The position numbers were made by a program, and so were the translations under genes. Shown piece by piece: positions 41,698-56,384 of a stretch of 64,000 nucleotides of DNA (position 1 is the stretch's first letter; every line of letters begins with the position of its first letter). The notes beneath the pieces are model-generated. The model did not search any database. It saw only the letters and a list, made by a program, of their open reading frames with translations, and was not told the origin of the DNA. The stretch spans positions 1,536,001 through 1,600,000 of the forward strand of contig CAWGMA010000001.1 in NCBI GenBank assembly GCA_963823555.1, written 5' to 3'. This DNA is from Candidatus Eiseniibacteriota bacterium. Its GTDB lineage: Bacteria; Eisenbacteria; RBG-16-71-46; CAVPCR01.

Positions 41698-43014
41698 TCA
41701 ATTACTGACTCGCGCCGTCATGGCCGCGCTCGGGGCCGGGTCGACCTTCACCGTATCCTCGCGCCGGCTCCCCACCGATACCAGGGCTACCGGAACTCCG
41801 GTCTCTTCGGCAATGAAGGCCAGGTAGTCCCGGGCTGCCGGCGGCAAGTCGGCAAGCCGGCGCACGGCCGATGTGGGACTCAACCAGCCGCGAAGCTCGC
41901 GATACACGGGGCGTGCGGTCTCCAACCGGACCTCTGAGTACCAGTTTCCCCGCGGATCGGGCTCATAACCGACGCAGACGGGGATCCGCTCCATTCGGTC
42001 CAGGATGTCGAGCTTGGTCACCGCGAGTCCCGTGAAGCCGGAAAGCCGCGTGGCACGCTTGAGGGCGACGAGATCGAGCCAGCCACAGCGACGAGGGCGC
42101 CCCGTGGTGGCCCCGAATTCGGCTCCTGCCTCGCGCAGAGCCGCCGCAGCCTCCGGTTCGAGCTCGGTCGGGAACGGACCCAACCCCACGCGCGTCGTAT
42201 AGGCTTTCGCCACGCCGATCACGCGATCCACGGCGCGCGGGCCGAGACCGATACCGGTCAGAGCTCCGCCGGCGATCGTGCTGGACGACGTCACGTACGG
42301 GTAGGTGCCGTGGTCGAGATCGAGGAGCGTGCCCTGCGCCCCCTCGATGAGAACATGCTTGCCGGCGGCCAGGGCGTCATCCACGAGCACCGACACATCG
42401 GCGACAAACGGCGACAGCCGTTTCCCGAAAGCGGTGAATTCCGTCGCGATGTGATCAGGGTGGAGATCGAGCCCCGCAGCCGTCACGGCATCCGTCCCGA
42501 GTCGGGCCCGGATCTCGCCCAGATTGAGCGCCATGAGCTCCCGCAGGCGTTCGGGCTCGAGAAGATCGATGACGCGTACGCCCCGCCGTCCTGCCTTGCG
42601 CGAATAGGCCGGACCGATACCTCGCCCGGTGGTGCCGATGCGACCCGCCTCCGCCCCGTTCTCGTCAGCACGCTCCAGCACCCGGTGGTAGGGCAGAATG
42701 ACATGGGCTCGCGGGTCGATCCGCAGGCGGCTCGCCACCTCGATCCCGTGGCGCTCCAGTTGATCGATCTCGGCGAACAGAGAGCCCGGATCGACAACGA
42801 CGCCGCTACCAATGAAACACTGCTTGTCGGGACGCAGGGCTCCGATGGGCAGCAGGTGCAGGACGAAGGTCTCGCCCCCGAGCACGACCGTGTGCCCGGC
42901 ATTCGGCCCGCCCTGGCACCGGGCAACGATGTCCACATCCTCAGCCAGGAGGTCGACGATCTTGCCCTTGCCCTCATCGCCCCACTGGGCGCCGACGATC
43001 ACCGTGACCGGCAC
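41698..43014 (-). CDS. purA: Adenylosuccinate synthetase
   Basis: GAQWGDEGKGK, GGPNAGHT, EGAQG, GTYPYVTSS, TTGRPRRCGW. Confidence 0.98.
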   Translation of the reverse strand: MPVTVIVGAQWGDEGKGKIVDLLAEDVDIVARCQGGPNAGHTVVLGGETFVLHLLPIGALRPDKQCFIGSGVVVDPGSLFAEIDQLERHGIEVASRLRIDPRAHVILPYHRVLERADENGAEAGRIGTTGRGIGPAYSRKAGRRGVRVIDLLEPERLRELMALNLGEIRARLGTDAVTAAGLDLHPDHIATEFTAFGKRLSPFVADVSVLVDDALAAGKHVLIEGAQGTLLDLDHGTYPYVTSSSTIAGGALTGIGLGPRAVDRVIGVAKAYTTRVGLGPFPTELEPEAAAALREAGAEFGATTGRPRRCGWLDLVALKRATRLSGFTGLAVTKLDILDRMERIPVCVGYEPDPRGNWYSEVRLETARPVYRELRGWLSPTSAVRRLADLPPAARDYLAFIAEETGVPVALVSVGSRREDTVKVDPAPSAAMTARVSN

Positions 43015-43105
43015 GCAAACCTCACTCTCTCATGGCCTGCATGAATGCAGATGCCTCGACTCATCCCTTCACCTTCGCCCGCTGGCGTCCCAGAGGAACA
43101 GCGTC

Positions 43106-44263
43106 CTACCCGCCGGCTGCGTCAGCGGACCGGGCGAAGAACCCGCTTGCCGCCCCGACCGCCGAACCCGGTAGCGCTGTCACCGCACCGGCATCCAGCA
43201 TGACTCTCTCGAGCGCGCTCACCGCACCGAGAAGATCGGTAGCATCGATCGCGCCCAGGTGACCGAGGCGCAGCACCTTTCCTTTGAGCGAGTCCTGGCC
43301 GCCGGCGATCCTGATACCGAAGCGTTCCTCGAGATCACGGCGGATCGAGTCGCCGTCGGCTCCGGGCGGGGTACGGAACACCGTCACGATGTTCGAGGGC
43401 CGCTCCGGAAAGACCTCCAATCCAAGCGCGCCCACCGCGGCCCGCGCCGCCGCTCCGATTCGCGCGTGGCGCTCGATCACTGCCGGCAATCCCTCATCTT
43501 CCAGCATGTCGAGAGCCGCCACGAGACCGACCACGAGCGAAATGGCCGGCGTAAACGGCGTCGACCTCTTGGCAAGCGCCTTTCCGGCAGCCCTCAGATC
43601 GAAATAGAACCGAGGCAGTCCCCCCCCCACCATTCGCTCCTCTGCGGCCGCCGATAACGCGACGAAGGCGAGTCCCGGCGGGAGCATGAAGCCCTTCTGC
43701 GATCCGGATACGACGGCATCCAGCCCGCGCGCATCCATGCTCACTTCATGCGCGCACGCCGACGTGATGGCATCGACAGCGACCAGACAGCCGCGGGCCT
43801 TGGCCACCGTTGCGAGGCCCTCGAGGTCCATGAGCACACCAGTCGACGTCTCCGAGTGGGTGAGGAATACCAGCTGCACCTCCGGATGGCGGGCCAGTTC
43901 CTCGTCGAGCCTTGCCGGGGTGACAACGCGCCCATACTCGACATCGAGCGGCACGACCGGCACGCCATGCGCGCCGAGGATGTCGCCCCACCGCTCTCCG
44001 AACTTGCCGGCCCGAACGACCAGTGCTGGCTCATTGGGGCGCGCGAGGCTGACGGCGACCGACTCCATCCCCCCGCTGCCCGACGCCGACAGCACATAGA
44101 CGGGCCGGGATGTGCCCAGGATCGGGCCGAGCCGCCGCGACACATCAGCCAGCAGCGTCTCGAACTCCGGCGTCCGGTGGTGGAGCAGCGGCCGCGCCAT
44201 GGCCAGCAACACGGGCGCCGGCACCTCGACCGGACCAGGTGTGAATAGACGCCCCTTCGGCAC
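43106..44263 (-). CDS. Class V PLP aminotransferase (alanine-glyoxylate/serine-pyruvate family)
   Basis: TPGPV, HSETSTG, DAITS, GSQKGFMLPPG. Confidence 0.92.
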   Translation of the reverse strand: MPKGRLFTPGPVEVPAPVLLAMARPLLHHRTPEFETLLADVSRRLGPILGTSRPVYVLSASGSGGMESVAVSLARPNEPALVVRAGKFGERWGDILGAHGVPVVPLDVEYGRVVTPARLDEELARHPEVQLVFLTHSETSTGVLMDLEGLATVAKARGCLVAVDAITSACAHEVSMDARGLDAVVSGSQKGFMLPPGLAFVALSAAAEERMVGGGLPRFYFDLRAAGKALAKRSTPFTPAISLVVGLVAALDMLEDEGLPAVIERHARIGAAARAAVGALGLEVFPERPSNIVTVFRTPPGADGDSIRRDLEERFGIRIAGGQDSLKGKVLRLGHLGAIDATDLLGAVSALERVMLDAGAVTALPGSAVGAASGFFARSADAAGG

Positions 44264-44323
44264 CGGACACTCCCCTCCAAGCGAAACGCCAAAACGGGAG
44301 CCCAGGGGCTCCCTCGCGGGAGT

Positions 44324-45595
44324 CTAGGGCAAGGACCCGCTCGGTGCAATGCGCCCGCTGCGTCCCGCCGGCGGGCTCGCCGCCACCGACTCGAGGAGCT
44401 CGATCTCCATCTGCACCCTCTCATCCCACGACACGAACCGGGAACGGGCCACAGCGTGCCCGCGGTCTCCCATCCGGCGGCGCAACTCTGGCTCGGCAGC
44501 AAGCTGCTCCATGGCTCGAGCCAGTGCGGCAATGTCATCTTGTGCCACGACCAAGCCGGTCTCCCCGTCCAACACGAGGCGCCGGGTCCTTCCTGCATCC
44601 AGGGCCACGACGGGCAGCCGGCAGAGCATGGCTTCGCAGGTGGGAAGCCCGGCATTGGTCAGATCATGCGGCGCGACGTACATGTCAGCAGCGGACATGA
44701 CCTCGGGCACGCGATCGTGGTCGACGGGGCCCAGGAAGAGCACGCGCTCCCGGAGCCCCAGGCGAACCGCGTCCGCTTCGAGGGCCTGGCGCATCACACC
44801 ATCGCCGCCGATCAGGACGTGGACCCGCTGATCGCCTGCCTGGACCAAGCGGTGGAGCGCCGCGATCACCCGATCGACCCGCTTGAGGGGAAGCAGATTG
44901 GCCAGGGTGAGCGCGTACACGGCATCTCGCTCGAGGCCGAGTCGGGCCCGGGCGCCAGGATCACCGCCGCCGGACGGCAGCGCAAGATCGGCCCATTCCA
45001 CGTTCACGCCGTTGGGCCAGAAGAGCAGTCGCTCCCGCGGCACGCCAATCCTTAGCGCCGCTTCATCCCCTCCCGTCCCATCATCGAGGACGATGACCCG
45101 CGCGAACTCCTGGCGAAAGGCCAGGTAGTGCTCGAAGTGACGGAGGAGATGCAGAACACGCGGCTCCCACCGCGTATTGAGGAGGAGGACGCCGAAGAAC
45201 TTGGCAACCACCGGGACTCCCAGCCTCTCGCCAACGCCCGCCGCCCACGGCGCCGTATGGAAGGTATGGGCGAGGATCAGATCCGGGCGCAGATTCCGCG
45301 CGAGGGCGAGTCCGTCGTGACCAAAGACGCGCCGGGCGCGAACCACATCACGCAGGCGACCCAGCTGACCCCGGACCTTGCCGCGCACGCGCTCGGCTGG
45401 AAACGAGAGCGGATGGACGGTGATCTGTCCGGGCCCGGCATCGGATAGCGCGTAGTCGGCACCCTCCGGGGCCGCCACATGCAGGTCGTGTCCACGTCGG
45501 GTGAGCGCCGAGAAGGTGAGATATTCATCGGGGACTCCGCCCCGCCCACCGACTTCCCAGAATCCCATCCACGGAGTCATGACGAGGACGCGCAC
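44324..45595 (-). CDS. Glycosyltransferase family 4
   Basis: GT-B fold, PNGV, KRVD, EAMLCRLPVV; AGGAG RBS before GTG. Confidence 0.88.
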   Translation of the reverse strand: MRVLVMTPWMGFWEVGGRGGVPDEYLTFSALTRRGHDLHVAAPEGADYALSDAGPGQITVHPLSFPAERVRGKVRGQLGRLRDVVRARRVFGHDGLALARNLRPDLILAHTFHTAPWAAGVGERLGVPVVAKFFGVLLLNTRWEPRVLHLLRHFEHYLAFRQEFARVIVLDDGTGGDEAALRIGVPRERLLFWPNGVNVEWADLALPSGGGDPGARARLGLERDAVYALTLANLLPLKRVDRVIAALHRLVQAGDQRVHVLIGGDGVMRQALEADAVRLGLRERVLFLGPVDHDRVPEVMSAADMYVAPHDLTNAGLPTCEAMLCRLPVVALDAGRTRRLVLDGETGLVVAQDDIAALARAMEQLAAEPELRRRMGDRGHAVARSRFVSWDERVQMEIELLESVAASPPAGRSGRIAPSGSLP

Positions 45596-45664
45596 CGACT
45601 CCTCCTGCCCTGTGTTCATCCAGCGCGACCTGCGGCGTACGGCATCCCCGCGCCGCACCCGGTC

Positions 45665-48279
<2,615 letters not shown>

Positions 48280-48372
48280 CCTGCTTCCTTTCGGGGGGAC
48301 CGCCGGAGCCGGGTGCCGGCGCTCCACTCGCGCCGCCGGCCCCGGGTGGGGCGCTAACGCTCGATCGGGACC

Positions 48373-49627
<1,255 letters not shown>

Positions 49628-49656
49628 GGGTCCTCTCTTGTCAACCTGGTCGCGCC

Positions 49657-50244
49657 TTACTTCCGCTTCGTCGATGACCTCGTCGATCAGTCCGTACTCC
49701 CTCGCCTCTTCGGCCGACATGAAGAAGTTGCGGTCGGTGTCCTTCTCGATCTTCTCCAGCGGCTGCCCGGTGTGCCTGGCCAGGATCTCGTTGAGCTTCC
49801 CGCGCAGGGTCAGGATCTCCTTGGTGTAGATCTCGATGTCGGTGGCCTGCCCCTGGCTCCCGCCCAGCGGCTGGTGGATCATGATCCGCGAGTTGGGCAG
49901 CGCCGAGCGCTTGCCCTTGCCGCGCCGGACAGAGCAGGAGCGCACCCATGCAGGCGGCCTGCCCCATGCAGATCGTCGCCACGTCGGGCTTGATGAACTG
50001 CATGGTGTCGTAGATCGCCAGCCCGGCCGAGACCACGCCACCGGGCGAGTTGATGTAGAGGTGGATGTCCCGGTCCGGGATCCTCGGCCTCGAGGAACAG
50101 CATCTGGGCGATGACCAGGTTGGCGACCGTGTCGTCGATCGGCGTCCCGATGAAGATGATGCGGTCCTTGAGCAGCCGCGAGAAGATGTCGTACGCCCGC
50201 TCACCGCGGCCAGTCTGCTCGACCACCATCGGCACCAGTGCCAT
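49657..50244 (-). CDS. clpP: Clp protease proteolytic subunit, about 3 frameshifts (probable errors)
   Basis: [32 protein letters not shown]; inferred true stop TAA at 49657-49659. Confidence 0.9.
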
Positions 50245-50433
50245 GGGCTCTCCTTCTTCCTCCCGGGAGGCGCCTTCAGCGCCTGCCTCCCAGCCTCAAA
50301 CTCGAGCACCCATCGCGGCCCTTCCGCGGGGGCGCCCGGCCCACTCCCATACCCGCCCGGATGTTGCCAGGTTCGGGTGCCGGCCGTCGACTCCTTAGCC
50401 GGCAGCCGGGAACCGGTTGCGAGCACACTCCCC

Positions 50434-51813
50434 CTACGGGTCGTAGGGGGTGACGATCCGCTTGCGCTTGGGTGCTTCCTGAACAACCTGAACATCGGCC
50501 GTATCTACAAGGTATTTGAGGACTTTTCGCTCCTGGAGCACGTCCCGGAGGCGCTCCACCCGCTCAGCCCGCTGCGATCCGGAAGCCTCCTCGCCCGGGT
50601 CGGCCATCTGCCTCCCGGCGCGCTCCAGACGCCGGTACTCGGCCTCGGCCTCCTCGCGACTCACTTCGATACCTTGAGCATCGGCAACGGCGGCTAACAC
50701 CAGTTCCCGGCGGATGTTGGCCGCAGCGGCCTCCCGCGCCTCCACCGCCACCCGCTCCCGGGCCGAGGCATCGAGATCGGGGTAATCGCGCATGGCCCCC
50801 TCGTACAGGCGATCGGCTGCCGGGCGGGCCAGGCGCTCCGGGATGTCCAGCTTGAGCCCGGCGCCCAGCCGATCGAGGATCTCGCGCTCCACCGCGCGAT
50901 CCGCGCGCCTCAGCTCCTCGGCCTCCAGGCGCTGGCGAATATGCCCTCGCAAACCGTTCAAGTCCTGGACCTCATTGCCGGCGACCAGGGTCTGCGCCAG
51001 CGTCCGCGCAAAATCGTCATCCAGGGGCGGCAGGATCTTCGTCTCGACCTTCTTGAGATCAAGCCGGTGATAACGAGCGGCTCCCGGCTCAGCGACCTGC
51101 CCCTCGGGCACGGGCACCTCGGCCACGGCCGACTCGCCACTTCGCCGGCCAGTCAGCGCATCGATCCAGATCTTGGGCACGGCCTCTTCGACCAGCTCGA
51201 TGCGAACATCGGCCTGGCGCCGGCCGAGAATCGCCACCTGTCCCGCGCCCAGCTCGGAGAGATCGATGGTCACGACGTCGCCGGGTGCTGCGGGCCGCTC
51301 TGCCGGCTCGAGTCGCGCCAGCCGTTCCCGCAGATTGGTCAGCACCCGTTCGACCTCCTCATCATCGATCGGACGGACGACCTTGTTGACCTTGAGCGAC
51401 GCGGGATCGCCGGGCTCGAGCCTCGGGCGGACATCCACGCGAGCAGTGAAGGTCAGCGCCTGGCCTTCTTCATGGTCGATGCGCGCCACCTCGGGCTCCG
51501 TGATCGGATGCAGGTTCTGTTCGCGCAGCGCTTGCCACAACGCCTCGCCGACAACCCGGCGGGTGACCTCGGCCTTCAGATCGCGACCGAATCGCGCCTC
51601 CACCACCGGACGCGGCACCTTGCCCTTGCGGAATCCGGGGAGCGCAAGGTCGCGACGCAGGTCGTCAATCGCCTGTGCCATCTGACCGGCCATCACTTCG
51701 TTCCCCACTTCCACCGTGAGTCGACGGCTGAAGGCATCGTCCTCGCGAAGATCCTTCACAACGATGTTCATACCCTCGCTCTGACTCTCATCACTGAGCT
51801 TCGAATGGTCCAT
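50434..51813 (-). CDS. tig: Trigger factor
   Basis: PGFRKGKVP ribosome-binding motif, LDDDFA; position between tRNA-Leu and clpP. Confidence 0.9.
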   Translation of the reverse strand: MDHSKLSDESQSEGMNIVVKDLREDDAFSRRLTVEVGNEVMAGQMAQAIDDLRRDLALPGFRKGKVPRPVVEARFGRDLKAEVTRRVVGEALWQALREQNLHPITEPEVARIDHEEGQALTFTARVDVRPRLEPGDPASLKVNKVVRPIDDEEVERVLTNLRERLARLEPAERPAAPGDVVTIDLSELGAGQVAILGRRQADVRIELVEEAVPKIWIDALTGRRSGESAVAEVPVPEGQVAEPGAARYHRLDLKKVETKILPPLDDDFARTLAQTLVAGNEVQDLNGLRGHIRQRLEAEELRRADRAVEREILDRLGAGLKLDIPERLARPAADRLYEGAMRDYPDLDASARERVAVEAREAAAANIRRELVLAAVADAQGIEVSREEAEAEYRRLERAGRQMADPGEEASGSQRAERVERLRDVLQERKVLKYLVDTADVQVVQEAPKRKRIVTPYDP

Positions 51814-51905
51814 GACTGCGGCTGGTTTCCTTGCCCTTCAAGCTGGGAGCGCCGCTCACGGCGGCGTGAAGCGGTGGTCAGCGCCGACCGGCGCCGACCG
51901 CGAGC

Positions 51906-51990
51906 TGGTGCGAGAGGGGGGACTCGAACCCCCACGGGTCGCCCCACTAGATCCTAAGTCTAGCGCGTCTGCCAGTTCCGCCACTCTCGC
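51906..51990 (-). tRNA. tRNA-Leu (UAG)
   Basis: GCGAGAG acceptor stem, CTAGA-CTTAGGA-TCTAG anticodon arm, long variable arm, encoded CCA. Confidence 0.97.
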
Positions 51991-52142
51991 GGGCGAAACA
52001 CAGGAGCATGGCTCACGACTGAGCCCGGGGTCAAGCCGAACCCGATGGGCCCGACACTTCCACGTGGCGGGCCGCCGGCGGCCGCGGGCACGTGCGTCAA
52101 GCGCCACCGATCCGGCCCCCATATCTTGGGGCCACGGCGAGC

Positions 52143-53216
52143 CTAATGCGCGATGGCGGAGAAGCTCTCGGCAGTGAGTCGAGCGAGGAGGTCCCCGATC
52201 TCCGTCGTCTTGAGCCCGGAATCAGCACCGAGGCTCGGCAGGTGCTTCTCGACCACGGCGCGACGGATGGCCTCCTCGACGGCGGTCGCGGCCAGCGGTT
52301 CCCCGAGAAACGTGAGCATCATCTGCACCGCGTTGATCGTCGCCAGCGGATTGGCCACGTTCTTGCCCGCGTACTTCGGCGCCGACCCGTGGATCGGCTC
52401 GAACATCGAGACCTGCCCCGGATGGATGTTCCCCGAGGCGGCGATCCCCAGCCCGCCCTGGAGCATGGCCCCGAGGTCGGTCAGGATGTCTCCGAACATG
52501 TTGGTGGTCACGATGACATCGAACCACTCGGGGTTCTTCACCAGCCACATGCATGCAGCGTCGATGTAGGCGCCCTCGGTCTTGACATCCGGGTACTCCC
52601 GCCCCACCTCGGCGAAGGTGCGCCGCCACAGGTCATGGGCGCGCACGGCGTTGGCCTTGTCGACGAGGTGCAGCTGCCGCCGGGGGCGCGTCCTCGCCAG
52701 CTCGAAGGCATAGCGTACCGCGCGCTCGCAGCCCTTGCGCGTGGCAATCATCTCGCCCAGTGCCACTTCATCCGGCGTCCCCTGCTTGAAGAAGCCGCCG
52801 ATTCCCACATAGAGGTCCTCGGTGTTCTCACGGACGACCATGATGTCGAGATCTTCGGGCGTCTTTCCCTTGAGTGGGCAGAGGTGCTCGGCGTAGAGCT
52901 TGATCGGCCTCAGGTTGATGTACATGTCGAGCTTCCAGCGGAGGCCGCCGATCACCGCGCGTTCGACCAGACCCACCTCGACCCGCGGATCCCCGATCGC
53001 GCCGAGGAGCACGGCCTGCATGCCCTTGATCTCCTCCAGCACGGCGTCGGGGAACAGCTCGCCGCTCTTCAGATAGTGCTCGGAACCATGGGGATAGGAA
53101 TGGAGACGGGTCTCGAACCCGGCGCGCTCTGCGGCGACCTGGAGCACCTTGAGACCCTGGCGAACCACCTCGGGTCCGATGCCGTCCCCGCCGATGACCG
53201 CGATGTCATGCGTCAT
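52143..53216 (-). CDS. leuB: 3-isopropylmalate dehydrogenase (beta-decarboxylating dehydrogenase family)
   Basis: GDGIGPEV, NLRP, RENTED.Y, NMFGDILTD, EPIHGSAP. Confidence 0.8.
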   Translation of the reverse strand: MTHDIAVIGGDGIGPEVVRQGLKVLQVAAERAGFETRLHSYPHGSEHYLKSGELFPDAVLEEIKGMQAVLLGAIGDPRVEVGLVERAVIGGLRWKLDMYINLRPIKLYAEHLCPLKGKTPEDLDIMVVRENTEDLYVGIGGFFKQGTPDEVALGEMIATRKGCERAVRYAFELARTRPRRQLHLVDKANAVRAHDLWRRTFAEVGREYPDVKTEGAYIDAACMWLVKNPEWFDVIVTTNMFGDILTDLGAMLQGGLGIAASGNIHPGQVSMFEPIHGSAPKYAGKNVANPLATINAVQMMLTFLGEPLAATAVEEAIRRAVVEKHLPSLGADSGLKTTEIGDLLARLTAESFSAIAH

Positions 53217-53755
53217 CGCCCACCTCCTGCCGCCGTTCCCCTAGGCCCTTCAGTCCTTTGCGATTCCAGCTTCCGCTTCACATAGTGCATGAGCCCACCC
53301 TCGGCCGCGATCTGGCGGGCGAACGGTGGCAACTCGCGCGCCTGGAAGCTCTTTCCCGTGGTCACGTTACGGATCGATCCTGAAGCCGGGTCGACCTCGA
53401 TCTGGTCGCCCTCGCTGATCCCGGCCACCGCCTCCGGGCACTCGAAGATGGGAAGGCCGATGTTGATGGAGTTGCGGAAGAAGATGCGCGCGTATCCCTT
53501 GGCGATCACCGCCCCCACCCCGGCGAGCTTGATTGCCAGCGGGGCGACCTCACGTGAGCTACCGCATCCGAAGTTCTCGCCGGCGACCACCACATCACCC
53601 GGCTTCACCTCGAGACGGAAGGTGTCCGAGAGATCCTCCATGACATGGGACGCCAGCTCCTTGGGATCGATGATGTGGCAGTAGCGCCCCGGCATGATGA
53701 CGTCGGTGTCCACGTTGTCCCCGAAGACGAAAGCGCGTCCGCTGGTCTTGGTCAC
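53213..53755 (-). CDS. leuD: 3-isopropylmalate dehydratase/homoaconitase small subunit (type 2)
   Basis: GDNVDTD.I.PGRY, NFGCGSSRE, ARIFFRN. Confidence 0.85.
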   Translation of the reverse strand: MTKTSGRAFVFGDNVDTDVIMPGRYCHIIDPKELASHVMEDLSDTFRLEVKPGDVVVAGENFGCGSSREVAPLAIKLAGVGAVIAKGYARIFFRNSINIGLPIFECPEAVAGISEGDQIEVDPASGSIRNVTTGKSFQARELPPFARQIAAEGGLMHYVKRKLESQRTEGPRGTAAGGGR

Positions 53756-53879
53756 CCGTGCTTCTCCTTCTGTTCAACCACTCCCTGCCCGGCTACTCCC
53801 TCGGACTGCTGCCAAAAGAATGATAGCCTACCACCCAGGCCAGAGCGGCCACAAGTCGGCGCTACACTGGGGATAACCG

Positions 53880-56354
53880 ATGAATCGCTGGGCAACTCCG
53901 CCTCTTCTCGCGCTCCTGGGAGCGATCGCGATCGCCGCCCCTGCTCCGCGACCGCTGCTCGCCCAGACCGTCCCGGACACGACGTCGCAAGCTCGCACCG
54001 TGGCCAAGGTGGCACCAACCCCCATCCCGGCCGCCGAGATCGCGGCCCGGGCCGACCATGCCCGCGCCCAGCTGCGCGCCATCGAGGCGCGCACCATCTC
54101 ATTGCCGGCGGTCGCCAAGGTCGACTCGATGTTCGCGTTGCAGAAGGAGAGCGCAGACTTCCAGAACGCCCAGACCGCCAGCCAGCACATGGCGGACCTG
54201 TCTCTGAATCAGATCGCCGACCTGGCCCTCGACTGGCAACGGGTCGCCAACCGACTGTCGGCCTGGGGCTCGACCCTCGAAGTCGAGGCCAAACGTCTCG
54301 AGCGCGATCTCGCCACCCTCGCTGCGCTCCGCGGCCAATGGCGGGTCACACTCGACGGCGCCCCGCAAGAAGAGCTGCCCCCGGCCGCCCTGGAGATGGC
54401 CCATGGCGTGCTCGCGGACATCGAGCGCACCCAACGCAACGTTCGCAACACTCTCAACCATCTTCTCGCCACGCAGAATCGAATCGCTGAGGAGTCGGCC
54501 ACGGCCAAGGAGACCCTACAGCTCCTGGCGGGGGCCACCCAGGCGGCCCAGCGTCGCATGCTGCATCGCGACAGCCCTCCTCTGTGGAGGATCTGGGCGA
54601 CCGAACCCGACGCCTTCCCCTACATGTCGGATCCAGCCCAGCACCTCGAGCGCATCAGGAGTTACATCGCCAATAACGGCGGGCGCAGCGGAGGACAGCT
54701 TCTGCTCCTCCCGCTCGTCCTCCTGGCCCTGGTCGGGATCCAGCGCCAAACGAGGCGAGGAGATCTCGGCCTGAGCGAGGGGCAAGCCCCGACGCCACGG
54801 GGCAGCCATGTCCTCGAGCATCCCGTTTCCAGTGCCCTGCTACTGACGTTCATCGTAACCGCCCTGATTCATCCCATCGCGCCGCAGGGGCTCAGGACCC
54901 TGGGCACGCTGCTCGCCATCATCCCCTTGTTGCGGCTCGCACCGGGCGTGTTGCCACGCGGGTTGGGTCGCGCGGCCTATGCCCTTCTCCTGCTCTATCT
55001 CCTCGCCAACCTGGTCGGCATCCTCGTCCACCAACCCATCCTGCGTCGACTCGGCTTCCTGGCGATCAACACGCTCGCCGCAGGCGCGATCGCCTATTCC
55101 CTCCGCTCGGGCAGCCCCGCTCGGCGTGCCGAGGGGCGACTGTGGAGGGCCGCCCTCGCGGTGCTCAAGGGAGCGCTCGTGATCCTCGCCGTCGCCCTGG
55201 CGGCCAACACCTTCGGGTTCGTCTTCTTCTCCATCTGGCTGACGTACAACACGCTGCGAGTCATCTTCGCGGGGCTCGCCCTGTTGGTCGCCGCTGCCAC
55301 CGTCGACGGCCTCATCTACCTTGTCCTGCGCACTCAGGCTGCGCAGAAATCGCGTGCCATACGCCTCAACGTGGATGCCATCACACACCGCGCGCTGGAG
55401 ATGGTGAATCTCACAGCCGGCCTGGTCTGGGTCGCCACCCTTCTCGATCGATTTTCGCTGCTCGGTCCGGTCTGGGCCGGGCTCCGTGGCATCTTGACCA
55501 GACCGCTCCGGATCGGCTCGATCGCTGTCGCACCGGGAGACGTCCTTCTCTTCTTCCTCATCCTCTGGCTGTCCTTCGCCGTTTCGCGCATCATCCGCCA
55601 GCTCCTCCGCGACGACATCCTGTCGCGCGTCAACTTGCCCCGCGGGGTGCCGGACACCATCTCCCAGATTGCCTACTATGCCGTCGTGGCTATGGGCTTT
55701 CTCCTCGCCATTGCCGCCGCCGGCATCGACATGAGCCGCTTCGCCATCCTCGCCGGCGCCTTCGGGGTCGGCATCGGATTCGGCCTCCAGACCATCGTCA
55801 ACAACTTCATCTCCGGCCTCATCCTCCTCTTCGAGCGTCCGATCCAGGCCGGTGATACGGTCGAGCTCGACAACCTGATCGGGACTGTTCGCGATATAGG
55901 GATTCGGGCCAGTCGCGTGCGCACCTTCGATGGTGCGGATGTCATCGTGCCCAACGCCGATCTCATCTCCGGCCGGGTCGTCAACTGGACCCTCTCGGAC
56001 AAGCTGCGGCGGGTCGAGGTCAAGGTGGGTGTGGCCTACGGCACGGATCCGACGCGTGTCAAGGAGCTCTTATCCAGCGTGGCTGCCGCCCACCCCGACG
56101 TGCTGGCCACGCCGCCGGCGGTGGCGCTGTTCACGGGCTTCGGCGACAGCTCGCTCGATTTCGTGCTCCGCTTCTGGACCGCCGACTTCGAGAACTGGCT
56201 CATCGTCGGCAGCGACGTCGCGACCGCCGTTCACGATGCCATCCGCGAAGCTGGAATCGAGATCCCGTTCCCGCAGCGCGATCTCCATCTGCGAACCGTG
56301 GCCCCGGAGGCACGAAGCGCCTTCGGCACGCAGCCCGGGCCGGAAGCGAAATAG
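53880..56354 (+). CDS. Large MscS/MscK-family mechanosensitive channel
   Basis: Signal peptide, periplasmic coiled coil, many TMs, GVGIGFGLQ..VNNFISGLILLFERP, GIEIPFPQRDLH. Confidence 0.93.
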   Translation: MNRWATPPLLALLGAIAIAAPAPRPLLAQTVPDTTSQARTVAKVAPTPIPAAEIAARADHARAQLRAIEARTISLPAVAKVDSMFALQKESADFQNAQTASQHMADLSLNQIADLALDWQRVANRLSAWGSTLEVEAKRLERDLATLAALRGQWRVTLDGAPQEELPPAALEMAHGVLADIERTQRNVRNTLNHLLATQNRIAEESATAKETLQLLAGATQAAQRRMLHRDSPPLWRIWATEPDAFPYMSDPAQHLERIRSYIANNGGRSGGQLLLLPLVLLALVGIQRQTRRGDLGLSEGQAPTPRGSHVLEHPVSSALLLTFIVTALIHPIAPQGLRTLGTLLAIIPLLRLAPGVLPRGLGRAAYALLLLYLLANLVGILVHQPILRRLGFLAINTLAAGAIAYSLRSGSPARRAEGRLWRAALAVLKGALVILAVALAANTFGFVFFSIWLTYNTLRVIFAGLALLVAAATVDGLIYLVLRTQAAQKSRAIRLNVDAITHRALEMVNLTAGLVWVATLLDRFSLLGPVWAGLRGILTRPLRIGSIAVAPGDVLLFFLILWLSFAVSRIIRQLLRDDILSRVNLPRGVPDTISQIAYYAVVAMGFLLAIAAAGIDMSRFAILAGAFGVGIGFGLQTIVNNFISGLILLFERPIQAGDTVELDNLIGTVRDIGIRASRVRTFDGADVIVPNADLISGRVVNWTLSDKLRRVEVKVGVAYGTDPTRVKELLSSVAAAHPDVLATPPAVALFTGFGDSSLDFVLRFWTADFENWLIVGSDVATAVHDAIREAGIEIPFPQRDLHLRTVAPEARSAFGTQPGPEAK

Positions 56355-56384
56355 CGGCCTCGGGCGGGGCGGCCCGCCGCTCGA

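Noticed and set aside
41153..41700. Genomic island integrated at tRNA-Lys (also considered for tRNA-Leu)
   Set aside because: No integrase and no duplicated tRNA 3' end seen; flanks are ordinary genes
43015..43105. Short ORF or purine riboswitch upstream of purA
   Set aside because: The peptide is featureless and no riboswitch consensus was recognised
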